From: Moniliella sp. 'wahieum'
Lineage: Eukaryota
Direction: 5' to 3'
NCBI GenBank assembly: GCA_003971905.1
Contig: RSEE01000005.1
Span: 1,054,001-1,118,000, forward strand
DNA length: 64,000 nucleotides
Under the pieces are notes generated by a model. The model was not told where the DNA came from. It saw only the letters and a list, made by a program, of their open reading frames with translations, and searched no databases. Position numbers and translations under genes: made by a program. Below, piece by piece: positions 25,961 through 36,496 of the stretch; within the stretch, counting starts at the first letter, position 1; each line of letters starts with the position of its first letter.

Positions 25961-26204
25961 TTGAAGTCAATATTCCCTCCCTTTCATTGCATCTCTCATG
26001 CCATGACCTTGTGTCCCCGGGCCGTACATCCATGACTTTTGTTCGCATTTGTTTTTGACAAGATACGCATATCTATCTCCTGTCTGCTTGTCAAAAAGTT
26101 GTTCCAAGAGGGCGTATGGCAAGGAGAATTGACATCGATTATGACAACGCCTTTACAACACCTTTAGTAGCGAGTGTTGGGCCGAAGGCGATAAGCCAAA
26201 CAGA

Positions 26205-27155
26205 TTAAACGGTAGCAGCGCCCATGAGCGCCATCATCTTCATAGATAGTAAAGACAATGCCGCCTGACAAGACCAGTCGAGCCAGACGCGTAGTCGATC
26301 CGCGCCACAAGGCCAGCACACCATCTGTCTTGACCGTCTGGACAAAGCAGTCGATTGTGCCCTTGTACCTTGCTTTGGCCTCGATCGACTGCATCCGTGT
26401 TTTGACCGTGTCAAGCGGCATGGTGCTGTACACAGTAATAATACCGGCCACAGCGCCGATGCCAAAGGTTACGCCTCCGGGCAATGTCTGCCCTGGGCGT
26501 GACGAGCCCTGTACCAAGTTCTTGAGTGTCGATAAGAGCCCAACCGGACCATGCTGTTGGCCCCCTGGCGTAGAATAACCGGAACCAGCCCCCGGTATAC
26601 GCCCGCCAAACCCTCTTGCCGCACGATGGCTGCGTGCCCGCCATAAGGCCTGGGGGGTACCGCCGCACGGGTTGTTTGGCGTCATCGATGAGCTTGGTCC
26701 TATAGAGGTACGGTCAGTTTAAGGAGCTCACACTTGATGGAAGCAGATCCAACTCACTTGATCGTTTCTGATGGCGTAACGGCAAAGACAGCCTCCATCA
26801 CGCCCGCGCCCAACCGGCAAGGAGCGAACGGGGGCCGCTAAGGCGCCCATCCTTGTCGCGAAGAAGCGTTTTGAAGTGGTCAAAGGCCAGGAAGCGCACG
26901 CCAGCCTTGACGAGTTCCCAACAACCAATGCACCGCATCCCGAGTACAGACCGCGGACTCCGGACTGGGCCACCGTGTCCTTGACAATCGCAAAGGGAGA
27001 GGGGGGTTTGCCGCCGCCGCGAACGGCAAATTGGGACACGGTCTTGGTGTACTCGATGGGATATGTGGCCACCCCCTCGATCGCGCCAGCTGTGGCGCCG
27101 GCAATGAGCGAGGCCAGGGCTTGTCCTTCTTGCCTGACTTGTTGGTGGCGGCCAT
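26205..27155 (-). CDS. CTP1: Mitochondrial citrate carrier
   Basis: TYPIEYTKT, KAGVRFLAFD, TPSETIK, TMPLDTVKTRMQS, RLVLSGGIVFTIYE; intron 26700-26757. Confidence 0.92.
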
Positions 27156-27471
27156 GGTGGTAGCGAGGAGCGAGCCGGGAGCACGCGCGGTTGGGCAGAT
27201 TGGACAAGGGTGCTAGCACGTCACATGACCCTTTTCACGCCATTGCAACTGCTGCCCTCGACGCTGCTCCTGCTCGGTCGACCGACGCGGCGAAAAAACC
27301 ACAGGCTGGCCTACAGACGTCATTGGCCGGCGCTGAAAGTTGCAACTGCAGCTGCCTGGCAGTTGCGAGCAGCAGCCCATCTGCCCTTCCATGGGTCCAC
27401 CCACACGGCCTCAACATCTCTGCGCCGCGCAGTGCTCCCGCCGCCACCAACCTCTCTTCACCCTTCCCGTC

Positions 27472-29344
27472 ATGCCCCATCCCTCTCGACCAGTCACTGT
27501 CGATGATCTTGTCGGAAAGACGTGTTGGATCTGTGCCGACAGTGAGGACGAAGATGCCGTTCGCGTGCCCCCACCCAGCGAGCGCGCCCGCTTTGTTCAT
27601 CCATGCGGATGCACCCTAATTGCCCACGAAACCTGCCTCTTGTCCTGGGTTGATATACAGCAGAAGAAGACGCCCCCGGCATAAATGCGATGGGAGTGGG
27701 CGGGGGCGGACGCGCAGGTGGACAGGATACTAGTTACCTGATCCCCATCAAATGTCCTCAGTGCCAGCAGCCGTACCAGATAACCGACGCCGCATCAGTA
27801 CCCGAGCGATGGCTGCGCAATTTCCTCGCCGTTGCTGCCCACAGATCACCTCGCTATCCAGTCTTGCCGCATGTGCCACCGTGGGTGTTAGCTGCTACAC
27901 TCTCTGTTCTACCTATGGTCGATTCGCATTGCGGCTGCTTGTCGGAAGCGACGCGGCGACGCGCGTCTTCAATCGGCCTTTGGGCTGGCATGTGCGTCCC
28001 TTCATCCATCAGCTGCCCAACTCACTGGGGTACCCATACTGACTTTTCCGCCTGCAGCTGAACGCCGACCTCGTCCTGGTCCCTTTCGTTTTGACCTTCA
28101 TGCGGCTCCCCATATTCTTGCGTCCCTCGCACTGGGTATTCCCAACGTTGCTGATGCTGCCTTTCATCTCAAACTCACCTTTTACTCCCCCAGTGGGAGG
28201 TTTTGGGCAAATGGGCGCACCAATGGACTGTTCCAGAGTCCTGCTTCATCCTTGGCTTCCTTGCCTCGCACTGGGTTGTGGCCCCCCACCCCAGCCACAA
28301 CCTTACTTCTGGTCCCCTGGGTTCGGGTGGCGTACTTCCCTCTCCCGCGCTCTGTATCGTCTTTTTTCCGATCTTGGTACCGTGCCGAAGTGGCGCGCAG
28401 AAACGTTTTCCTTCCCCTCCCTCCCATCGATCCTCCTGCAATGCGGTACATGTGGGGCGGCCACAGAGGTGAGAGGGAAGGCCCAACGATAGGCGACATG
28501 GTTCGTGATGGGCAGACGGAGGTGCCAGTGCGGGTCACTTCGAATGATGAACTACACATGTTTATCCCCAACTATGTGGTCGTCGAAACCATATCGGAGT
28601 GACCTTTGACCAACCGCCCCACTTGGAACGGGTGAATCCCCTCTTCCTAACCCGGACCACGCGCGGGATCCCTACGTCGACCCTGGGGTTACCGCGGTGG
28701 ATGTGGGGCACTCGAGTTGGGAGCGTGGGAGAGTGCAGCGCGTGATACCCGCCGATGCCGTTGCGGAGTGGCGGGGCGAAGAGACCCCGGTGGGGATCCC
28801 ATTGTCAACCTCGATCTCTTGCGGTGCATGGCCCCATCTCAGGGACCGTTCCGGGTTGTGAACATTGAGTATCGTCGCAAGACGGAGTTGCATCGGTACT
28901 ATATTACCTTCTCCTCGGTGCTAGGCTTAGTGATGGGCGGCTTGACGCTTCCTGTTTTCGCGGCGGCTGCAAGCGGGTCCTTCTCCTACATATATCCCGC
29001 TTTATTCCCCCTCCGCCGTGTGCTTGGGATGGCCCCGGCGGTCTCGCTGGGCTCAGCGGCTTTGGGATCGGCTGTGGTGAGTGCCGGGCTCCCCTCGCCC
29101 GAAGGTAATGGCTGGTGTGGGACACCGTAACTGGGGAGGACCCCGTCTGGTGGCGCAACGCGCTAGGCCTTTTGTGGATAACTGTTCGTGACTTGCAGTT
29201 GCCACCCTACGCCTGCTCCGATACCGCGCCCAGCGTTCGCGTCGCCTGAAGTCACTTCCCTTTGCCCCCAGCCAACTCGACACGCTTACCGTCCGACCTG
29301 GTCTCTCGTCCCCGTCGTCGACGTCGCGTACGCCCACAGCCTGA
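27472..29344 (+). CDS. RING-CH (RINGv) membrane E3 ubiquitin ligase, MARCH5-like
   Basis: CWIC..HPCGCTLIAHETCLLSW..CPQC, followed by hydrophobic segments; fragmented. Confidence 0.8.
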
Positions 29345-29547
29345 CAACCCTCCAGGTGCAACCCTCTCCGAGTCCACTCTTGCTACATTGCGTCCCCACC
29401 TCACTTGCCTGAGCAAGCCATACATATCTATTCTAGCATCGGATGGAGTTATCACCTGCCAAAGAAAACGTGATAGATGTGTATGGCCGTCAGATTATTA
29501 GAAGCCCAATTATTAAGGGAGAGGCACACGTTGCGCTGGTCTGGGGT

Positions 29548-30364
29548 TCACTTGTGCGCGCGTTTGAATTCGGCGGGTGTGGTCATCTTTTTCAAGGACC
29601 ACATGCCTCGTTTCCATCTCTTGGCCCTTTCCTGCTCGCAGCAAGCGGCGCTCGCCCGAGGTCGTCTTGCCCAGCAACATGTCGAGGTACGAAGACTTTC
29701 CGTACTCGGCACCTGACTGGGTATACACCGTAGCAAGGCCCTTTTTGACCATGAGAGAGAAATGTTGGTGGGGCCCAGGATGTAGGGGGGGCGCCAAACG
29801 TAGGCGTGCCGACAAGGCGGTGGTACTGGTCTAGGCGGCCGAGCCCAAGGGTGAGGTAGCGTCCTTGACCAGCCCGCGTCAGCTCCTGAAGCGCTTCCGC
29901 GGCATAGGGCTGGCCGGGTTGCCCAAAGTGCGGCATTTCCGGAGCATCGGCCCCAGCCAGACGCACACTGATGGTTTCTTTGGCGATTAACCTTACGGTC
30001 TTGGGAAGGGGGTAGAGCCAAGGCCCGAGGATCCGGCCGCCGGGTTGGTGGTACTACATGGCAGGTCAGCCCAGGAACAAAAAGGGAAGGGGAAAGGACG
30101 TACCAGGCGGAAGCCATCGCCATCGCCGACGTGCACCACCGTACCGGAAAGGTGTTTGGAGCGGCGCAAGAGCGCAGGGCTAAGGTAGTCGCCGTTGGGC
30201 AGGCGGCGCAAGTACCTCCACCACACCCAGCCGCCACCCAAGGCAAGCGCCAAGGCGGCCACGCCTACCTGGGTGTGGAGGGGAACTAAGGGCTCCGCCG
30301 GCTCATCGGGCGAGTGGGCGGAAAGCTTCGATGGGAGTGGCGCGAAGGCAGGGATGGCGGACAT
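29548..30364 (-). CDS. LCL3: Staphylococcal-nuclease-fold endonuclease Lcl3
   Basis: N-terminal TM, VGDGDGFRL, VRLAGADAPE.PHFG, DQYHRLVG, GLATVY..GAEYG, TPAEFKR; intron ~30053-30102. Confidence 0.92.
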
Positions 30365-31057
30365 GGCGAGATGGGATGGTCCCGGGCATGCCTGCAGGGG
30401 TCGGTGGGCCCGCACAGCAGAGCGGGTGGTGGTGGCAGCTGGCCTGTCTGCGTTGCGATGACGAGGCACGTGATCACGGGCCCCAATCACTGACCTAGGA
30501 AGAGCCAAAAAAACCTCCGGCTGGTTGGTCAGGAGTAATAGTACCGGCTCGCCGGGGTGGGAACGATGAACTATGAACGGTGGTGGTCAAGCAAGGCCAG
30601 CTCAACATCGTCATGGGGGGATCCAATACGGCAAGATCCCTCATCCCTGGAGAGTTTTTGTTAACCAAACTCCACGCTGCCTTCCACTACTATCAGTTCC
30701 TGTCCATATGGGCATCCCGCCCGCATTCTTCCTCAGCAAGATGGACCACACTATCATTATCGTCCGTTTCATGGGCGATTGAAACATATATATTGGGGGG
30801 GGAACGGTAGGCACGTGGGGCTGATTTGGTCGCATCATTAAGCGCACGCAATGAATGTAACCGTTACTATTGGGTCCGGTGCCCTTGGTAGGAGTCCCAG
30901 TGATGGCCACTTCTCAAGCCAGGCGAGAGGATCACAAAGGAGAGGTAATCCTTGAGCGCAGCAGGCAGCCTGGGCAAGCTCTCCTTCTACGTGACAACAA
31001 GATCCGTCGTGTTCCGGAAAGCATAGCAAAGGGGCCAGCGTAGCTTGCCAGACCCGA

Positions 31058-32139
31058 TTACCCACCCTTTTGTGCATTGGCAGCTGCCCGTGCCTTGCGG
31101 ATCTCCTTCGTAATTCCTCGTCTGCCTTGAGTTCGACCGACCAGTAGACCGGCGTGTCGGTCGTGATCTCGACCGTGCCGTCGCCCGTGAGATGATTGGA
31201 AGTGGAGGAGAAGGCCGCCAGATGGGTGGTTTGGTCCGGGGATAAATTCCATTCCAACCCTTTGGTACCCACTCTTGCCCGCCACCTTGCATCCCAATAC
31301 CAAGAGGGAGAATGCCGCATGTTTTGCCCAAAAGCCGGCGGTCCAACTCGATGCGATGTTCTCCTCGCGACAAGAGCCAGACAAGACTGTCGTCACTGAC
31401 AACGTAGGTATGTGCTCTTTTCTGCAGGTTATTTCCCCGCTGTGATTCCAGCCCCTGAGAGTCAGGATCGTAGACTCCGCTCAAGACAGGCACACCAGCG
31501 GCCATCTGCCAAAGGACATGAAGAGTATGGTTGGTTTGATCGAACCGACCGGAGAGGCCACCATAGATGACCACATCACGCCTAGCCTCGAACATATACT
31601 CGTCCTCCAAATCCTCGATGCTGGACACTCTTTGCAGGTCGGTCGCGTACTGGGAGGGACGATGAATAACCCGGGTGCCGAGCCCAACAAAAAATTTCTT
31701 GACATCCTCGCGTAACGAATCAAGGTCCCCAATAATTTCGTCGGGCGGGATCATCTTGTTGATCCCCACTCGATGAGGGGTGTCATTGGCACCGGCCAGA
31801 TTGACAAAGCCACGTTCATGGAACATGTCGTACAGCCGGTTTGCCGCGCCATCTGCACAGATCCGGGTCGTAGCTGCGCACTGTTAGCACCACCTTGCAC
31901 AGACTTCGAGAAGTAGGGAAGCGTACCTCGGCTCCAAAGGCGTTCAAAAGAGAGCATGTGAGTGTCCCAAATGGCCTGGTTGAGCATCACAATAAAGTAC
32001 CTTGCCTCAGAGCCTTGGGGTCAAACAAGCTCGAGGGTGCCCAGGTTAGGTTGTATGGCTGATACAGGCCCGAATCCGCATCGGCAACTTGGGTTGGCTT
32101 AGAGCTTGGAGCCTCCGTCTTCGTCTCAGCCTCGGCCAT
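31058..32139 (-). CDS. THI80: Thiamine pyrophosphokinase
   Basis: ICADGAANRLYD, IIGDLDSLR, SQYATDL, GGLSGRFDQT, TCGILP, TKGLEWNL, STSNHL; intron 31874-31926; both ends uncertain. Confidence 0.92.
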
Positions 32140-32202
32140 TGGCTCATCATGGGTTTGCGTTTTCGGTCGAGAGAATGGGCGCGCTGAGGGGGTCCTGAGG
32201 GA

Positions 32203-32807
32203 CTAGATCTGATCTGCCTGGTTAATACGTTCCTCCGAATCTTGGGATTGTGTTGGGTCATCGGCGTATCCGCCTCGGGCTGGAGCATGCCTTGTTGAGT
32301 CGGCTTCCCCCGTACCACGCCAGGGGGAAGGCGACGTGGGTCCATGACGCTCGCATGTGTCACATATGGGCGTGGAGAATCGCTTGGGTGTTCCGAGTGC
32401 AGAGAAGAAGGGATGACGGAGCTTGGGAAGCCTCACCCGATCCAGACCCGCTCGTAAGCGCGCTGCTCTCGGGCACATTGGCGGTGGGAACATCAGTGGT
32501 GGGCACATCGGCGGTGGGAACGGCAGCGGTGGGCACATTTGTAGTGGACACATCAGGAGTAGACAACGTTGGTGGTAGTGTTGCTAGTGGGGGCGGCGGT
32601 GGGGGTGGGGACGGAAGTGCTCGTGACTGGGAATAGCCAGGGGGCGTCTGCCACGAGCTTTCGCGCGTGATTTTGTTGAACCAGTAGTAGTCGCCTTTGC
32701 TGGACTGCACAGGAGCCCAGCTCTTGCGCACCTGGATGCGGAGTAGGTCTTGCCATTTATCATGACTTTGCCCTGGGGGGGCGAGGCCGCACCTTCATCG
32801 GGGTCAT
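32203..32807 (-). CDS. WW-domain region with poly-Pro and VPT repeats (possibly the N-terminus of THI80)
   Basis: W..VQSSKGDYYWFNKITRESSWQTP WW signature; 15-bp tandem repeats encoding xVPTx at ~32470-32550. Confidence 0.7.
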
Positions 32808-32999
32808 GGTGCGTGCGATGGGGGCGCGGGCAGGTAGGTGGGTGGTGAAGTAGTGGAATGGAGAGAAGTTCGATGTTTGATGGGCCAAGTTGTCGCGTTG
32901 GTGAGATCGGTGAAAAACGGCCAGGCACCGAATTGCAACATTCAAGGACATTTTGTTGGTTTGGTGGCAATGGAAAAAAAGAAGAACGCCCTGTCGGGT

Positions 33000-33076
33000 C
33001 GAACGACGCAGGGGTCGAATGCAACCTCTGATTACAACCAATCGTAGTCAGACGCGCTACCATTGCGCAGCCGTCC
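33000..33076 (-). tRNA. tRNA-Arg(ACG), 9-nt intron, with small deletions relative to the second copy
   Basis: Near-identical to 56463-56543 but lacks 4 nt (D stem, anticodon stem, T stem), probably assembly errors. Confidence 0.85.
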
Positions 33077-33872
33077 TGATGTGTTATACATAGTGGTACT
33101 AGAGGACCACCCGGGCCTACGGCCCGGTCAGGTGCTTGGTGCTTGGTGCTTGCTCGCCACCTTCGCCAGTTCCCGATGGTTAGGGTTAGGTGGATTTATA
33201 ACCATGTGTGGTGGGGGCGAGGCTGGGCTACACGTGCTATTAGGTCAGAACTTGGCATCGAGCTCTCTGTTTTATTAAAAGGGGGATGTACACAATGCCT
33301 TCTTTCCGGCCTAGGCGTCTGCTCTTTCGTTCCAGCTGGCAGGTCAAGTCGCACGTCAACTAAGTGTCAAGCACCAAAATGCGGCGGAAGCACAATAAGA
33401 CGGAGGTTTCCCTGGGGTTCTGTTGTCATCGGTATGAGTGATAAGCAGGGGGAAGGAGGAGAAAGAAGGGCCCGACAGAGGCAACAAAAGACCAGATCTG
33501 GATTATGCCGGGAGGCTAAAAGCTGCCATGGGAACGACACGTATGCCACCAGTGGAGGAAAGGTTCGAGGAGACGGCAGTCCAGTATATGACAATGTGTT
33601 TTCATCGTCTCATTGACATTGTTAGGCCGGGGAGTGCAGAAGGGGCGCGCGTAGAGGAAAACACGTACAATTGTGATGAGTAGGGGGCCATTGGCACCAT
33701 CTCGCTGGCATACATTGCTATGACTCCCCATGACGGCATGACTGTTGGGTGGAAAGCGTACGGGCCACAGTATGCTAGACACAGTCAGGTCGAACGTGAG
33801 GGTGGGCGAGGACTTGATTTAAACATCGCCTGGCCAAAATGCAGCAGCAGACGGGAACTTGACAAAAAAGTT

Positions 33873-33951
33873 CTCTCCGACCGGGAATCGAACCCGGGTC
33901 TCGTCCGAAACGTCTACATGACAGGGACGTGTCATAATAAACTATCGGAGA
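33873..33951 (-). tRNA. tRNA-Asp(GTC), 11-nt intron; truncated D loop
   Basis: TCTCCGA/TCGGAGA acceptor, CGTCC-CT-GTC-A[intron]C-GGACG, CCGGG-TTCGATT-CCCGG; D-loop GG missing. Confidence 0.85.
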
Positions 33952-34236
33952 TCTGTTGGGCACCAAATTGGATATGGCAACTTGTACAGAACAACGCGGC
34001 ACGTATTCGTTGACGGAGTCCTGCTCATCTGCTTTTCCCAAACTGTAACTGGATGGTAGAGGATGTAACGACTGTCATTGGCTACACTTTAGATCCGGGG
34101 CTGCAAAACCATAGGAATGTTATTTTTTTGGTCCCAAAAAAGGGTGGAGGGCATGGATGTCATCGGTCCAACAAAAGGATCGACGACGGTGGGGGAGCGG
34201 GAACGCGTAGAGTTACAAAAAACGGAACCTCCGTGC

Positions 34237-35129
34237 TTAAAGCTCGCCAGCGGCGAAGGCAGCCTTCTTGGCAGCAATGCGCTCCTTGCGCTGGGCGTAA
34301 GTAAGCTTAACTTGCTTGAACTTAAGCGACTCCTTCTTCCAGTGCTCCACATCCTTCTTGGTAGGCTCGAAGTCAGGGTTCTCCCGGATCTGCTCGTAGG
34401 CCTTCTCGTAGATCTCCTCAATGTCGTCGGACGAGATGTCGTCGGCGAGGTAAGAGGCGAAGTGCTTCTTGAAGCGCTCGTCGTCCTCCTCCTCAAGCGA
34501 CTCCATGAACTCGGCCACGTGCCCGCCAAAGATGTAGTTGCGGAGAACGTCAGCGTCAAGCTCCTTCTCCTCGGCATCGTAACCAGGGAAACGCTTGGGC
34601 GAGTGGGGCACAAAGAGACCACCGTCCGAAGCACCCTTCATCGCGGCAAACACACGCGACCCGGTCGAGGTACGCTTGAGGCCAACATCAAGGAAAACCT
34701 TGAAGGGGCGGGGAGCACCCTCCTCCAGAGCCTCCGTCTCGGTGAACTCGCCATCAGGCTCAGCAACACCCTCGTACTTCTCGTCAAGGCCAAGCTTCTT
34801 GAGAGCACGACGGGCTACCAAGAGACCCGTGGCGTAGGCAGCAGTCCAGTTGGACAGACCGTGGTTGATGCCGTACTTGGGGAGCTCCTTGGAGTGAGCG
34901 TGGGCGAACACGACGTCGCCCTGGATCTTGGCCGCAACAATCTGCACCGTCACGTACTTGTTGGAGAAACGGACGACCAGGCGGTACTTGGGGGCGTTGT
35001 ACTTGTTCTTGGCCTGGGTCACGAGAGCGCGACGAGCGGCGAAGTCGGTTTTCCCTCACGGCGACGGCGGTACTTGACCTGGTACCGCGAGAAGTAGGCC
35101 GAGGTCTTAACTTGCTTGACGAACGCCAT
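34237..35129 (-). CDS. RPL5: 60S ribosomal protein L5 (uL18)
   Basis: MAFVKQVKTSAYFSRYQVKYRRR, QAKNKYNAPKYRLVVRF, KGASDGGL. Confidence 0.98.
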
Positions 35130-35205
35130 TGTGGCCGGGTGATGGTTGCGCTGTGTCCCAGAGGCTGTGTGCGCCTGGGTGAGTTGGGGACCAACTCAGG
35201 GTCAC

Positions 35206-35331
35206 TAGGGTTGCCGCGGGCACCTGCCACCACTGCAAAAAAAATACACAGGCGCCGCGGCTGAATTTTAAGCTCATTACTGCAAATGCTGCGGCGGCGT
35301 AATTGCGGTTGAGCAACTATAGGGTTGCCGC
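35206..35331. promoter_or_regulatory. Two copies of TAGGGTTGCCGC (telo-box-like) in the RPL5/RPL15 bidirectional promoter
   Basis: Exact 12-mer at 35206-35217 and 35320-35331 within a 279-bp divergent spacer. Confidence 0.6.
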
Positions 35332-35408
35332 TGTGCTGCTGGCTTCGCTCGTTTGTGGTCGACTGGACTTGGTCCTCTCGGACCAAGCTCAAGAACAAGA
35401 AGGCTACG

Positions 35409-36013
35409 ATGGGTGCCTACACGTATCTTCAGACGCTGTACAACAACAAGCAGTCGGTGTGCTCCGTCTGCTCTTCCGTCTGCGCTGCTGGGAATACCGC
35501 CAGCTCAACGCCATCCACCGTGCCTCGCGCCCTTCGCGTCCCGACAAGGCTCGCCGCCTTGGCTACAAGGCCAAGCAGGGATACGTGATCACCGCGTGCG
35601 TGTCCGCCGCGGCAACCGCAAAAAGCCCGTGAGCAAGGGTATCACCTACGGTAAGCCCGTGCACCAGGGTGTGAACCACCTCAAGTACCAGCGTACGCTT
35701 CGTTCTACCGCCGAGGAGCGCGTGGGCAAGAAGTGCGGCAACCTGCGTATCCTCAACTCGTACTGGATAACCAGGACGGCATCTACAAGTACTACGAGGT
35801 GATTGCCGTCGACCCCTCCCACAAGGCCATCCGCCGTGACGCACGCATCAACTGGATTGTCGGCCAGAAGCACCGCGAGTCTCGCGGGCTCACCGCCACG
35901 GGCAAGAAGAGCCGTGGTCTGGGCAAGGGTCACCGCTACAACAAGACCCAGCACGGCGGCAAGAACGCGACGATCAAGAAGCGCGACACGCTTCGCTGCG
36001 TCGCTACCGGTAA
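35409..36013 (+). CDS. RPL15: 60S ribosomal protein L15 (eL15)
   Basis: [37 protein letters not shown], ends RYR*. Confidence 0.98.
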
Positions 36014-36496
36014 ACGGAATCATGTTCACTTTTTTGCAGGATGGTCGTTCTTTCTCCTGGCATTGTGTGGCACAACTCCAGTGTCTTCCTTCCCTATGTG
36101 CATCTCCCTGTTTCCGCATCCCAGCCGTTTGCGGCGAGCGGGATGGGGACGCCGCGTCTTCCCTCCCAAAAAAGCTATGGCGTTCATGCTCTTCATATGC
36201 CTGCCTTTGTTTATGTAGTTGTCACCGTTGAATAGCTCGACTGGGTATCTCATCACATACGTCGCTATCCACTCTGCAAAGCACTGACCAACGTTTGCAT
36301 GGTCTCCTGCGCATCGCGGGCGGAAGCCAAGATGTCTGTTGCTCCAGTGCGGTCCTTCCCGGCGAGTGTCGAAGGTACTGTACTGATCGAGGGCAGCGGT
36401 GGTCATACGGGCACGGCGGGAGATGGTGCGATCCAGGCCGTACCTCAAGTCGCTCAATGTGGTTTGGACTGCAGTCTGCAGCAGCCCTAATTGGGT

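Noticed and set aside
34117..35097. 326-aa plus-strand ORF
   Set aside because: Antisense shadow of the codon-biased RPL5 gene.
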